Origin: a virus
Length of the DNA stretch: 64,000 bases
IMG/VR virus record: IMGVR_UViG_3300025450_000016
Direction: 5' to 3' (one strand)
The position numbers and the translations under genes were made by a program. Below the pieces are notes generated by a model. It worked only from the letters and a program-made list of their open reading frames with translations. It searched no databases and was not told the origin of the DNA. Shown here in pieces: positions 20,754-30,766 of this stretch; position 1 is the first letter of the stretch; every line of letters begins with the position of its first letter.

Positions 20754-20782
20754 TTGCATTTACCAAAACAATCAGTTATACT
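20754..20782 (+). promoter_or_regulatory. Sigma70-type promoter for gp47
   Basis: TTGCAT-N17-TATACT. Confidence 0.65.
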
Positions 20783-20790
20783 GTGTAACT

Positions 20791-21810
20791 ATGACAAACC
20801 TTTTTAAGAAGGCCGCAGTCTTCACAGACATACATTTCGGCTTAAAATCCAATAGTACCTTGCACAACGAAGACTGTTTGGCCTTTGTCAAATGGGCCAC
20901 AGCCAAAGCCAAAGAGGAAGGATGTGAAACCTGCATCTTTACCGGTGACTGGCACAACAATCGTGCGTCAATCAATATTTTAACTCTGGGCTACAGTCTC
21001 AGAGCTTTGGAACATTTGAATGACAATTTTGACTCTGTGTATTTTATTCCCGGCAACCACGATTTATACTATAGAGACAAGCGAGATGTGCAAAGCGTGG
21101 AGTGGGCCAAACACCTACCCAACATCAAGATTGTGAATGATTGGTTTACTCAAGGTGATGTTACTATTGCTCCGTGGCTCATTGGTGATGACCACAAGCG
21201 TTTAAAAAAATTAACTGGTAAATATATGTTTGGGCACTTTGAATTACCAGGTTATTTGATGAATGCCATGGTTGCCATGCCCGATCACGGTGATGTAGAT
21301 CCCAAAAACGACCTCAAAGGTTTTGAACACGTTTATTCAGGTCATTTCCACAAGCGTCAAACCAAAGGCAATATTACCTATCTGGGCAACTGTTTTCCAC
21401 ACAACTATGCCGATGCCGGTGATGATGACCGCGGCCTAATGATTCTAGAATGGGACAAGCCACCAGTTTATCACGCCTGGCCTGATCAACCTATGTATCG
21501 TGTGTTCCAGTTGAGTGATGTGCTCAAGCACACCGAAGTTATGCTTAGGCCCAATATGCACGTAAGGGTAAATTTAGATATCGATATCAGCTACGAAGAA
21601 GCCACATTTATCAAAGAAACTTTTATTGACACTTACAACCTGCGTGAAATTACCTTGATACCGGCCAAAACCACAGATCTAAGCGAATACGAAATACAAG
21701 GCAACATAGCATTTGAATCGGTGGATCAGATTGTGTTCGGACAACTGAATTCCATTGAAAGCGAGCAGTACAACAAAAATTTACTGTTGGACATTTACAG
21801 AAATCTCTGA
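20791..21810 (+). CDS. gp47: Recombination endonuclease subunit (Mre11/SbcD family)
   Basis: Metallophosphoesterase motifs D.HFG, GD, PGNHD, GHFE and SGHFH. Confidence 0.93.
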   Translation: MTNLFKKAAVFTDIHFGLKSNSTLHNEDCLAFVKWATAKAKEEGCETCIFTGDWHNNRASINILTLGYSLRALEHLNDNFDSVYFIPGNHDLYYRDKRDVQSVEWAKHLPNIKIVNDWFTQGDVTIAPWLIGDDHKRLKKLTGKYMFGHFELPGYLMNAMVAMPDHGDVDPKNDLKGFEHVYSGHFHKRQTKGNITYLGNCFPHNYADAGDDDRGLMILEWDKPPVYHAWPDQPMYRVFQLSDVLKHTEVMLRPNMHVRVNLDIDISYEEATFIKETFIDTYNLREITLIPAKTTDLSEYEIQGNIAFESVDQIVFGQLNSIESEQYNKNLLLDIYRNL

Positions 21811-21813
21811 GTA

Positions 21814-22803
21814 ATGTATGCATTTGAGGATATCCGCAGACTAGAAATTGAGCCTACAAATCAGTGTCAGGCTCGTTGTCCTCAATGCTTACGCACCCCA
21901 CCCGATGGTACAGTTAATAAATTCTTACGTGACGAACTATCACTAGATGTAATTCGCAATCAAATTCCCGTCGGCTTCTGGGCGCAATTAACCAATATTA
22001 ATTTTCAAGGCAGTACCGGCGACTGTATGGCACACAGAGACATTGTGAATATTGTGCGCTATATGAAACTGCATAGTCCGGCCCAAATAACAGTACACAC
22101 CAATGGCGGACTTGGTTCCGCCGATACCTGGGCAGATTTAGCTAGAGTATTAGACCCCCACGACAAGGTTGTATTTGGCATTGATGGTTTAGCTGATACT
22201 AGTCCTTTATATCGCATAGGTGTTGACTTTGATCTTGCTATACGAAATGCCCAAACATTTATTTCTGCGGGTGGACAGGCTGAATGGCAATATATTGTGT
22301 TCCAACACAATCAACATCAAATTGAACAGGCAAAGCAATTGAGTCGCGACTTAGGATTTCAAAAATTTTGGCTACGTAGCTCAGGTCGCTTTGAAGGCAA
22401 AGGTTATCAAGATGTTTATGATAAAGGTACGGTAACACACAGACTAGAGCCTGCCACAATCAAAGTCAATTCCTACGTAGAAGGCGAATACAAACAGAAT
22501 ATTCAGACCACAGCAATTGACTGTGAAGCTATCGATACCAAATGGATTGGTATATATGCTGATGGTACTGTGTGGCCTTGCTGTCATTTAATGGGATGGC
22601 ATCGTATTCCCAATTATGGTCTGAGTAATTTAATAAACAAAAAGAAAATCATTGAAGTAGTCGGCGATTACAGCCAAATTGATTTGCACACGCATACCTT
22701 AGACACTATTATTCGCAGTGACGTATTTCAAAAGAACTATGAGAAAAGTTTTACAAGCAGTCAACCAATACCAGTGTGTGTAAGCACCTGCAGACGACGA
22801 TGA
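21814..22803 (+). CDS. Radical SAM protein with C-terminal SPASM/twitch-like domain (type A)
   Basis: CQARCPQC (CxxxCxxC), HTNGG, FGIDG, and C-terminal C...I.ADG.VWPCC...C...C. Confidence 0.85.
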   Translation: MYAFEDIRRLEIEPTNQCQARCPQCLRTPPDGTVNKFLRDELSLDVIRNQIPVGFWAQLTNINFQGSTGDCMAHRDIVNIVRYMKLHSPAQITVHTNGGLGSADTWADLARVLDPHDKVVFGIDGLADTSPLYRIGVDFDLAIRNAQTFISAGGQAEWQYIVFQHNQHQIEQAKQLSRDLGFQKFWLRSSGRFEGKGYQDVYDKGTVTHRLEPATIKVNSYVEGEYKQNIQTTAIDCEAIDTKWIGIYADGTVWPCCHLMGWHRIPNYGLSNLINKKKIIEVVGDYSQIDLHTHTLDTIIRSDVFQKNYEKSFTSSQPIPVCVSTCRRR

Positions 22804-24239
22804 ACACGCAAGAACTACGAGCCAACTTGGAAAAAGACTATAAGTTATTGGTATTTGCTGACTTTGCAGAAGTTAGCCACTCACCAACGGCTGCTTACAA
22901 GTTATTAGAAAGTGTACGCAAGGATGAGTTTGCCGACCGCGAGCGTATTGTATTCTATGGTAATTACCCAGACCCGGAGTTGGTTAATCACGTGGCCAGG
23001 GCCAGAGAACTGTTGGACATTGGCGAGTTCTTTTGTATTTGGCAAAATGATATTTCTGATGCCGGCATACCAGGAACAGGATACCAGGTCAACAGTGACA
23101 CGTTTTGTCCATTGCTGTGGGGTCATTTAGAAGTTAGACACAACGGCGATGTATATCCTTGCTGTGTAAGCAAAGAGTTTATTGGTAACGGCAACGATAA
23201 TACCTTAACAGAGTTATATCACAGTGATCAAATGAATCGTATACGTACAGAACTATTGTCTGGTGTGCAATCCAAGGGCTGTGAAAAATGTTGGCGTCAC
23301 GAAGCTGAAGGCTTACAATCAAATCGCCAATGGCACATAGGCAAGAACAGCCGTGATTTTTACAGTACCTGGCACGATGACCTAAAAGTACGCAGCTTGG
23401 ACTTGAAGCCCGGTAATGTATGCAATTTTAAATGCCGTGTTTGTAACCCAACTAGTAGTAGTTTGGTGGCCGAGGAAGTGAGACAAAGTCAACGACAACG
23501 TGGTATTAGTATTCCGGTGGTGGGCGATCGTTGGGCTGGCTACAATGAGTTTATGTGGGGCGAGCTAGATCGACTCATACCCGACGTAGAAAATTTAGAT
23601 TTCTACGGCGGTGAACCGTTTTTGTTAAAAGAGTTAAAGACATTTTTACATTCGGCTGTGGCCAATGGTCACGCTGATCATATACGTTTGCACTTCAACA
23701 CCAATGGTAGCGTATATCCCGAGGACTTGATTGATACTCTGCGACAATTTCGCGAAGTTGATGTTTGTTTGAGTATTGACAATGTGGGCATTCAATTTGA
23801 ATTAGAGCGCGGTGGCACGTGGACAGCAGTTGAACAAAATATTTTACGATTCAAAGAGTTAACTGCCGATCCTGTGTTCAAAGTAAGCATATTCCCCACT
23901 GTCAACATACAAAACATTTATTACCTGGATCGTTTGTATGAGTGGGCCGACCAACACAACATAATGGTCACTTTAAACTACTTGGATGATCCCGATTACC
24001 TGAGCATAGACTCAATGACTTCTGCGGCACGTGACTTGGTTGTTGATAAATATCAAACTAGTTCAAACGAATCTTTGCGTAATCTAGCTCAAAGAATCAA
24101 ATCAAGCGCCGGCAGCAACGGACAAAAATTTATAAAAACTGTGGCGTACTATGACCGTATACGCTCACAAGACTTTACCAAGACTCACACAGAAATAGCT
24201 CAAGCGATGGGCTACACAGGACTCAACAATGATAACTAG
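22800..24239 (+). CDS. Radical SAM protein with N-terminal SPASM/twitch-like domain (type B)
   Basis: FCPLLW...G.VYPCC...C.KCW..E, then CNFKCRVC, GGEPF, NTNGS, LSID. ATGA-coupled start at 22800. Confidence 0.85.
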   Translation: MNTQELRANLEKDYKLLVFADFAEVSHSPTAAYKLLESVRKDEFADRERIVFYGNYPDPELVNHVARARELLDIGEFFCIWQNDISDAGIPGTGYQVNSDTFCPLLWGHLEVRHNGDVYPCCVSKEFIGNGNDNTLTELYHSDQMNRIRTELLSGVQSKGCEKCWRHEAEGLQSNRQWHIGKNSRDFYSTWHDDLKVRSLDLKPGNVCNFKCRVCNPTSSSLVAEEVRQSQRQRGISIPVVGDRWAGYNEFMWGELDRLIPDVENLDFYGGEPFLLKELKTFLHSAVANGHADHIRLHFNTNGSVYPEDLIDTLRQFREVDVCLSIDNVGIQFELERGGTWTAVEQNILRFKELTADPVFKVSIFPTVNIQNIYYLDRLYEWADQHNIMVTLNYLDDPDYLSIDSMTSAARDLVVDKYQTSSNESLRNLAQRIKSSAGSNGQKFIKTVAYYDRIRSQDFTKTHTEIAQAMGYTGLNNDN

Positions 24240-25362
24240 ACATTCAATCAATTCCGCAATGGTATTTCAATACCACGACAAAATGGCACACATTAAAACC
24301 TACAGTTACGACGACCTGTGTGATCGCATTGATCGTTGGAAAATGTTTTACATTGAACAATACTGTGTACAACCAGGTCAAACCATATTGATTGATTTTA
24401 GCGTAATGACCATTGACTATTTTGCCAGCGTGTTTGCTGCTGCCGAATTGGGGTTGGTCTTGATCAATGGAGTGCCTGCAACCTGGCGCATACGAAATAG
24501 CAAGGAGAACAACCCTATTCCCACCGGATTAGAGCCAATTGATTACATACTGGATTTTGGTACCAAGTCGGACTGGGATCACCAACTGTATACAGCATTG
24601 AGCAAAGATGTTGTGGTCAATGCATATTGGCAAGACTATCAGGTCAAAGATACTGCACAATTGGCCTCAGTAAAAAATGACATACGTTGCACTGACGAAT
24701 TGGTGCTGACAAAAGACTTGGTCACCGGTGCCGCTGCCACACACAAAAAAATCACAGCCGTGAGTCAACGCATGGCCACAATACTGGGGTACAGCAACAC
24801 CGACAGTATTTTGCACACTAGAAATTTACACTTGCTGGACTATAATTTCTGTTGGAATTTTTTGCCGGGATTTATGCTGTGTCGTGAACATTTTGTATTC
24901 AACGATGTTGACGTGCCTGGCGGTAACGATTACTTGAGTATGTTGAGCGAATTTATCACAGACAATCGAATAAATTTTATTCCTATTGATCACGTGGTAC
25001 CGGGTTCGTTAACAGGTTTACTCAAAAATATCAGTGCTGTTGATTTTGATCTGACTGTCAATACCACTGCTGCCATCAATAGAGAAGCGGTAAAACTGAT
25101 GCGTGAAAAAAATATTCGTGCTATTAATCGACTGTTTTGTACCAATCCACGCAATGCCGGTATGTTGATAAAAACTGTTGACAAGGACACACCCGATAGT
25201 CGATTACAAATGAATAATTTTGGCGCACCGCGCGATAACTTTTTTCAATTTAAATTAGACAATCACGTGTTGTACTACTCGTGCCCAGACTTGGGGGAGG
25301 ATTGGCAAACCGACGGCAATCAATTTATTTTCAGCAACAGCGAGTATCATTTTGCTGGATAA
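24229..25362 (+). CDS. Degenerate adenylate-forming (ANL/acyl-CoA synthetase-like) protein
   Basis: YSY.DL...I..WK, PGQTI, F..AELGL and a later TH follow the ANL N-terminal pattern, but the TSGTTG.PK loop is missing. Confidence 0.4.
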   Translation: MITRHSINSAMVFQYHDKMAHIKTYSYDDLCDRIDRWKMFYIEQYCVQPGQTILIDFSVMTIDYFASVFAAAELGLVLINGVPATWRIRNSKENNPIPTGLEPIDYILDFGTKSDWDHQLYTALSKDVVVNAYWQDYQVKDTAQLASVKNDIRCTDELVLTKDLVTGAAATHKKITAVSQRMATILGYSNTDSILHTRNLHLLDYNFCWNFLPGFMLCREHFVFNDVDVPGGNDYLSMLSEFITDNRINFIPIDHVVPGSLTGLLKNISAVDFDLTVNTTAAINREAVKLMREKNIRAINRLFCTNPRNAGMLIKTVDKDTPDSRLQMNNFGAPRDNFFQFKLDNHVLYYSCPDLGEDWQTDGNQFIFSNSEYHFAG

Positions 25363-25379
25363 CAATCTGTTCAATTTGA

Positions 25380-25408
25380 TTTACATACACCATTTATCAA
25401 TCTATAAT
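25380..25408 (+). promoter_or_regulatory. Sigma70-type promoter for gp46
   Basis: TTTACA-N17-TATAAT. Confidence 0.7.
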
Positions 25409-25416
25409 GTAGACTA

Positions 25417-27186
25417 ATGTTTAAAATAAAAACTCTAACGGTTCGAAACTTCATGAGTGTGGGCAATACCACACAAGCAGTTGATTTTGATCGACAAGAT
25501 CTCACTTTGGTCTTGGGCGAAAATTTAGATTTGGGCGGTGATGATTCGGGTGCTCGTAACGGCACAGGCAAAACCACCATTATCAATGCACTCAGTTATG
25601 CCTTGTACGGCAATGCTCTTACCAACATCAAAAAAGACAACTTGATCAACAAAACCAATAGTAAAGGAATGATGGTCACTATTGATTTTGAAAAAGACGG
25701 CGAAGCATATCGCATCGAGCGCGGACGTAAGCCTGGTGTTATGAAATTCTGGGTAGGTGATCAAGAAAAAGAAATTACCGATGATGCGCAGGGTGATAGT
25801 AGAGAAACACAGGCCGAAATAGAACGTATGTTGGGCATGAGTCACGAAATGTTCAAACACATTGTGGCGCTCAACACCTACACCGAACCATTCCTTAGTT
25901 TAAAAGCCAATGACCAGCGCACCATCATTGAACAATTATTGGGCATTACACTATTGAGTGAAAAAGCCGACAATCTCAAAGAAGCAAACAAAGCAACCAA
26001 GGATGCTATCACACAAGAGGAATTCCGTATCAAAGCCGTGGGCGATGCCAACAAGCGTATTGAAGAACAAATTGAAGCATTGAAGCGCAGACAGACTTTG
26101 TGGAATAACAAACACGATGAAGAGATCGATAAGATTCAAACGGCGATCGAAGAACTACAGAGGATCGACATTCAGGCCGAAATTCAGGCACACCAAGCGT
26201 TTAAGACGTGGGATCAAACTAGAAAGGATCTCAATGAACTATCGACGGCGATTGGTCGGACAAAGCTGGACCTGGCCCGCGAGGAAAAAACCATTGCCAA
26301 GGTATCTGCAGAACTTGTTTCGCTGGAAAATCACACGTGTCATACCTGTGGTCAAGAGTTCCACGACGAAAAGCACCAACAGGTGTTGGGATCGAAGCAG
26401 AGAGATTTGGCGACAGCAGAGGAAAATCAGAGAACCTATGCTGCCACTTTGGACGAACTACAGCAGGCTCACACCGGGCTGGGCACTCTGGGTCCACGGC
26501 CTGTGACATTTTACGACACCGAAAGCGAAGCTATACAACATCAGGCCACTGTGGACAATTTGATCAAACAGTTGACTGCCAAGGCAGCTGAAAATGATCC
26601 GTATACCGAACAAATTGCAGAAATGCAAGCAACTGCTGTGGAAGAAATCAATTTTGATACCATCAACGAGTTGACCAATCTACGAGATCATCAAGAGTTC
26701 CTGCTTAAACTGTTGACCAACAAAGATTCATTTATTCGCAAACGTATTATTGATCAGAACCTAAGTTATTTAAATGCCCGCTTGGGACAATACTTGGACC
26801 GTATTGGCTTACCACACACAGTCAAGTTCAACAACGATTTGACTGTGAGTATTACAGAGTTGGGACGAGACCTAGACTTTGACAACTTGAGTCGCGGTGA
26901 ACGCAATCGTTTGATCTTGAGCTTGAGTTGGGCGTTCCGTGACGTTTGGGAAAGTCTATATCAACCTATTAACCTACTGTTCATTGATGAGTTAGTGGAT
27001 TCGGGTATGGATAGTTCGGGTGTTGAAAATGCGCTGGCCGTCTTAAAAAAGATGAGTCGCGAAGCACACAAGAGTATATGGCTAGTAAGCCACAAAGACG
27101 AATTGTCTGGACGTGTAAACAATACGTTACACGTGGTCAAAGAAAATGGATACACAAGTTACAACACCGACATTGACATTGCTTGA
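25417..27186 (+). CDS. gp46: Recombination ATPase subunit (Rad50/SbcC family)
   Basis: Walker A NGTGKTT, CHTC zinc hook in the coiled coil, LSRGE signature, FIDE Walker B, SH motif. Confidence 0.95.
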   Translation: MFKIKTLTVRNFMSVGNTTQAVDFDRQDLTLVLGENLDLGGDDSGARNGTGKTTIINALSYALYGNALTNIKKDNLINKTNSKGMMVTIDFEKDGEAYRIERGRKPGVMKFWVGDQEKEITDDAQGDSRETQAEIERMLGMSHEMFKHIVALNTYTEPFLSLKANDQRTIIEQLLGITLLSEKADNLKEANKATKDAITQEEFRIKAVGDANKRIEEQIEALKRRQTLWNNKHDEEIDKIQTAIEELQRIDIQAEIQAHQAFKTWDQTRKDLNELSTAIGRTKLDLAREEKTIAKVSAELVSLENHTCHTCGQEFHDEKHQQVLGSKQRDLATAEENQRTYAATLDELQQAHTGLGTLGPRPVTFYDTESEAIQHQATVDNLIKQLTAKAAENDPYTEQIAEMQATAVEEINFDTINELTNLRDHQEFLLKLLTNKDSFIRKRIIDQNLSYLNARLGQYLDRIGLPHTVKFNNDLTVSITELGRDLDFDNLSRGERNRLILSLSWAFRDVWESLYQPINLLFIDELVDSGMDSSGVENALAVLKKMSREAHKSIWLVSHKDELSGRVNNTLHVVKENGYTSYNTDIDIA

Positions 27187-28150
27187 TCATCATCGTATAC
27201 ATATCGAAGTCAGTAGCAAATGTACTTTGAAATGTCCACGCTGTCCTCGCACGGAGTTACGGCCCGAAGCACTCAACAGAGAAATTAGCCTGCTTGAGTT
27301 TCAACGTGCTTTTACTGCGGACCTGTTGAGTGAAATAGATGAAATAACATTCTGTGGTGACATTGGCGATCCCATCTATGCCAAAGACTTTTTAGAAATT
27401 GTTAGATATATTAAAACTAGTCGGTTTGATACTCGTTTGGTCATTGTTACCAACGGTAGTTATAAAGATACCAGCTGGTGGATTGAACTAGGCGAACTGT
27501 TAAACAATGATGATACTGTAACATTCAGTGTTGACGGGTGGGATCAAGAATCAAACGAGCAATATAGAGTTAACAGCAACTTCGAAAGTATCATACGTGG
27601 TGCTAAAGCCTTACGTGCCAATAGTAATTGTATTATGAATTGGTCGGCTATCTACTTTAACTTTAATGAAAAAGAAATGGGCCATATACAAAATCTAGCA
27701 CAAGAGCTAGGATTTGATACGTTTGACGCTGTACACAGTACTAAATTTGATGGTGCGTACTTAATTAATGGCACTGATCCACTTAAGCCAAGTCCAATGT
27801 ATATCGCTGCATCAGGTAAGTATCGTGTTTCTAGATTGCCCATTAGTGATCGTGGCGGTAATCGCACACTACTGCGCCGACATCCTACTCGGGCTGCACA
27901 CCCGTGGGCTCGCTGTATTAACGGTGACAAAGAAATGTTTATCAATGTAGACGGACTGGTATTTCCTTGCCCTTGGTTCAACTCGGGCTATATGTACAAC
28001 GACTTTGTAGAAAAATATAGAGATCAAATCAACATCAAGACTCGTACTCTTAAAGAAATACTACAGGACCCGCTGTGGGAAGAGCTGTATACCAGATTTG
28101 AAGTAGCACCATTAGATATTTGCAAACACAAGTGTAGAGATGCCCAATAA
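27146..28150 (+). CDS. Radical SAM protein (type A, paralog of 21814)
   Basis: CTLKCPRC, GDIGDP, VTNGS, FSVDG, and C-terminal I.VDG.VFPC...IC...C. The true start may be slightly downstream. Confidence 0.85.
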   Translation: MDTQVTTPTLTLLDHHRIHIEVSSKCTLKCPRCPRTELRPEALNREISLLEFQRAFTADLLSEIDEITFCGDIGDPIYAKDFLEIVRYIKTSRFDTRLVIVTNGSYKDTSWWIELGELLNNDDTVTFSVDGWDQESNEQYRVNSNFESIIRGAKALRANSNCIMNWSAIYFNFNEKEMGHIQNLAQELGFDTFDAVHSTKFDGAYLINGTDPLKPSPMYIAASGKYRVSRLPISDRGGNRTLLRRHPTRAAHPWARCINGDKEMFINVDGLVFPCPWFNSGYMYNDFVEKYRDQINIKTRTLKEILQDPLWEELYTRFEVAPLDICKHKCRDAQ

Positions 28151-29444
28151 AAATATATTCTGTAACATACCTTGGTATGAGATCCATATCAATCACGACG
28201 GCAGTTATGACCTCTGTGGTTGTATGACTGAATTGATTACCGAAACAGATCAAGCCAAGGTTTGGAACATACGCAACTATAGTGTGGACGAATACTGGAA
28301 CAGCCGCCGACTGCGAGATGAACGCTTGCAAAAAATGTCAGACACACCTAATCCAGCCTGTGCTATCTGCCAACACCAAGACTCAATTGGCAGTCACAGC
28401 AAGCGTATCAAGGAAAACCTAAAGAGTGTGCTGTTTAACGATCTCAACTTCAACAAGAGTTTCGATCAAAGTCCGCACAGAACCATATTTGAACACAGCC
28501 TGCACAACGACGGTGAGACCACTACACGGCCGGTCAGTTATCATTTGAGTTTGGGCAACGAATGTGACCTAGCCTGCATTATGTGTAGTCCATACAGCAG
28601 TTTTAAACTGGCACAAGACTACCGAGCCTTGGGTTGGATACAGGATGCTCGTAGATTAAATTGGACCGATGATCCTGCGATTTGGGATCAGATGTGTGCA
28701 ACATTGTTGGCCACAGACTTGGTTAATCTGCACATTATCGGCGGTGAACCCACCATTAACAAGCGTTTTCATCAACTGATTGACACCTTGGTTGCTGCAG
28801 GGCACACCAACTACAGTTTTAGCTTTACCACCAATGGTATGCACGATTTAACAGAGTTATGGCCCAAGTTGGCGCAATTTAAACGTGCCGAAGTCAGTTT
28901 CAGTATCGAAACCATGAGTAAAACCAACGACTACATTCGTTATGGCAGTACGTTTGAAACCTTGATCGACAACATTGCACAGGCACGCAGAGATGCGCCC
29001 ACAAACGTGGATTTTGTTATACGTACTGTGCCTACATTTTTGACTATCACAGAATATGTGGATGTCATTGAATGGTGTGCGGCACAAGGGCTAGTAGTTG
29101 ACAGTTATTTTGCCACAGATCCAGTCTGGCAACAGATCAAAATCTTGCCCAAATCGATCAAACAAATGTTGCAAAAAGATTTTGAGCAGTTGCTGACAAA
29201 ACTGAATCGACTAAAACAGGACAGGCCAGCTGGCATGACCAATTGGCGTAATCCAGCTTATGCACTAGAAAACTGTATCAAAGAAACAGAAAGCAGTATT
29301 GCTAGCTTGCAACACACAGAAGATTATGTGGACCTGAGACGCGAAGCGGCACGTAGATTGCGCGAATTAGACACCCGACGTGGCACTGACGTGACTGCTC
29401 AATTTCCCATACTAAAAGATTTTTTAATAGAATATGGCTACTAA
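28140..29444 (+). CDS. Radical SAM protein (type B, paralog of 22800)
   Basis: FCNIPW...DG.Y.LC.C...C.IC, then CDLACIMC, GGEP and TTNG. Confidence 0.85.
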   Translation: MPNKNIFCNIPWYEIHINHDGSYDLCGCMTELITETDQAKVWNIRNYSVDEYWNSRRLRDERLQKMSDTPNPACAICQHQDSIGSHSKRIKENLKSVLFNDLNFNKSFDQSPHRTIFEHSLHNDGETTTRPVSYHLSLGNECDLACIMCSPYSSFKLAQDYRALGWIQDARRLNWTDDPAIWDQMCATLLATDLVNLHIIGGEPTINKRFHQLIDTLVAAGHTNYSFSFTTNGMHDLTELWPKLAQFKRAEVSFSIETMSKTNDYIRYGSTFETLIDNIAQARRDAPTNVDFVIRTVPTFLTITEYVDVIEWCAAQGLVVDSYFATDPVWQQIKILPKSIKQMLQKDFEQLLTKLNRLKQDRPAGMTNWRNPAYALENCIKETESSIASLQHTEDYVDLRREAARRLRELDTRRGTDVTAQFPILKDFLIEYGY

Positions 29445-29877
29445 TTTAAAGTTTAGCATAACTGTAGATCCTGTGGGCTATGCGGACCGCTGGCCAGAGT
29501 TTTATATCAAAATTGATGACCACCTTCAGGATCGGGGTGTGTTGCGAGACACAGCCACTTACAACTTTGACGTCTCGCTCCAAGACGGTAACCACACTAT
29601 TGCAGTTGGGTTTACCAACAAGCTGGATGATGATACTCGGGTTGAGAACAATCAAATTGTGGCCGACAAAGCAGTCGTAGTCAAAACTGTCAACATTGAA
29701 GGGTACGAGTTGGCTGATTTCATCTATCGTGGACGTTATTTCCTTATAGGTAGAGAAACAATGTCCAGCAATTACCTCAGTTGGAATGGTGAATGGCGTT
29801 TGGATATTACCACTCCAATTTTTACTTGGATACACGAAACACAGCAGTTGGGCTGGATTTACGGGAAAAAATTATGA
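29434..29877 (+). CDS. Hypothetical protein
   Basis: 147-aa ORF overlapping the preceding gene, so probably translationally coupled. Confidence 0.7.
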   Translation: MATNLKFSITVDPVGYADRWPEFYIKIDDHLQDRGVLRDTATYNFDVSLQDGNHTIAVGFTNKLDDDTRVENNQIVADKAVVVKTVNIEGYELADFIYRGRYFLIGRETMSSNYLSWNGEWRLDITTPIFTWIHETQQLGWIYGKKL

Positions 29878-29907
29878 CATTCTTGTTACGATGATAACTA
29901 AGCATGA

Positions 29908-30336
29908 ATGACCTGGCTTTTCGAGAACTCCCTTGTAGAAACTCTACCCGAAGACTGTGTTGGTTTTGTTTATTTGATTACAAATAAGCTGACCGGCAGG
30001 ATGTATGTTGGAAAAAAATTGGCCAAGTTTAGCAAGACCACTTACCGAATGGTCAAACTAAAAAATGGCAAAAAGAAACGTAAAAAAATCAAGGGAAAAA
30101 TAGATTCAGACTGGCAAACATATTATGGCTCGAATACGGAATTAAACAAGGATGTGGCTGAACTGGGCGAAGAAAATTTTACAAGAGAAATACTGTATTA
30201 TTGTCGAAGCAAAGCTGAATGCAGCTACATCGAAGCAAGGGAACAATTTTCACGCAAAGTGTTAGAAACAACAAATTATTATAACGGACACATACAGGTT
30301 CGTGTACACGGCTCACACATTATCAACAAGATATAA
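29908..30336 (+). CDS. Small GIY-YIG nuclease (T4 EndoII/Seg-like catalytic domain)
   Basis: GFVYLITN....MYVGKK, YYGS, F.REIL, E..EQ and YYN motifs, plus a Lys-rich insertion. Confidence 0.85.
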   Translation: MTWLFENSLVETLPEDCVGFVYLITNKLTGRMYVGKKLAKFSKTTYRMVKLKNGKKKRKKIKGKIDSDWQTYYGSNTELNKDVAELGEENFTREILYYCRSKAECSYIEAREQFSRKVLETTNYYNGHIQVRVHGSHIINKI

Positions 30337-30384
30337 TCTTCAGACAACAAGTCTAAATGCATTAAAACCCAATATTATACAGTA

Positions 30385-30760
30385 ATGGCTCGCACAGGCT
30401 AAACACGTGTGCCTACGACAACTCGATGACAAGAGGGACGGAAATCTTGCCGCTGTAGCAAGTGCTCAATCACTATCCTTAACAGGACGAAGATCGCTAA
30501 TTGCCGCGGTTTGATTGTTTGAAGATTATATAAGGCTAAAAAGACGTGCTAGTGATAGCACACGTTGGTATTGAATGTTAGCGTATTTGATATTGACCGC
30601 CGTTGTAAAAGACGCATCTCGAGGTACCGGACAACCGCCTCTGTAATGGTGTAACGCTAAGTGACTGTGCTACTCGGATAATGCTACAGATCTATACTTT
30701 GCCCTGAGCGGGCAAAGTGTGACCAATTAATCTGGATAATACTGAAAAACATCAAAGAAG
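30385..30760 (+). ncRNA. Putative large structured non-coding RNA (boundaries approximate)
   Basis: ORF-free 470-nt gap with at least 8 stems, a three-way junction, a GUGA tetraloop, a 14-bp stem with 7 G-U pairs that only works on the + strand, and a possible pseudoknot. Confidence 0.65.
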
Positions 30761-30766
30761 AAAAAC

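Noticed and set aside
29749-29759. 11-nt complement (GGTAGAGAAAC) of the 45499 tract inside a CDS
   Set aside because: Plausible by chance in 64 kb and not in a regulatory position.
30421-30517. Hammerhead ribozyme (TCCT-TAAC-AGGA-CGAA three-way junction)
   Set aside because: The CUGANGA and GAAA core is not present at the required positions.
30594-30652. Group II intron domain V (GACCGCCGT start)
   Set aside because: The complementary 3' arm and bulge are missing, with no GUGYG 5' end, no RT and no interrupted gene.
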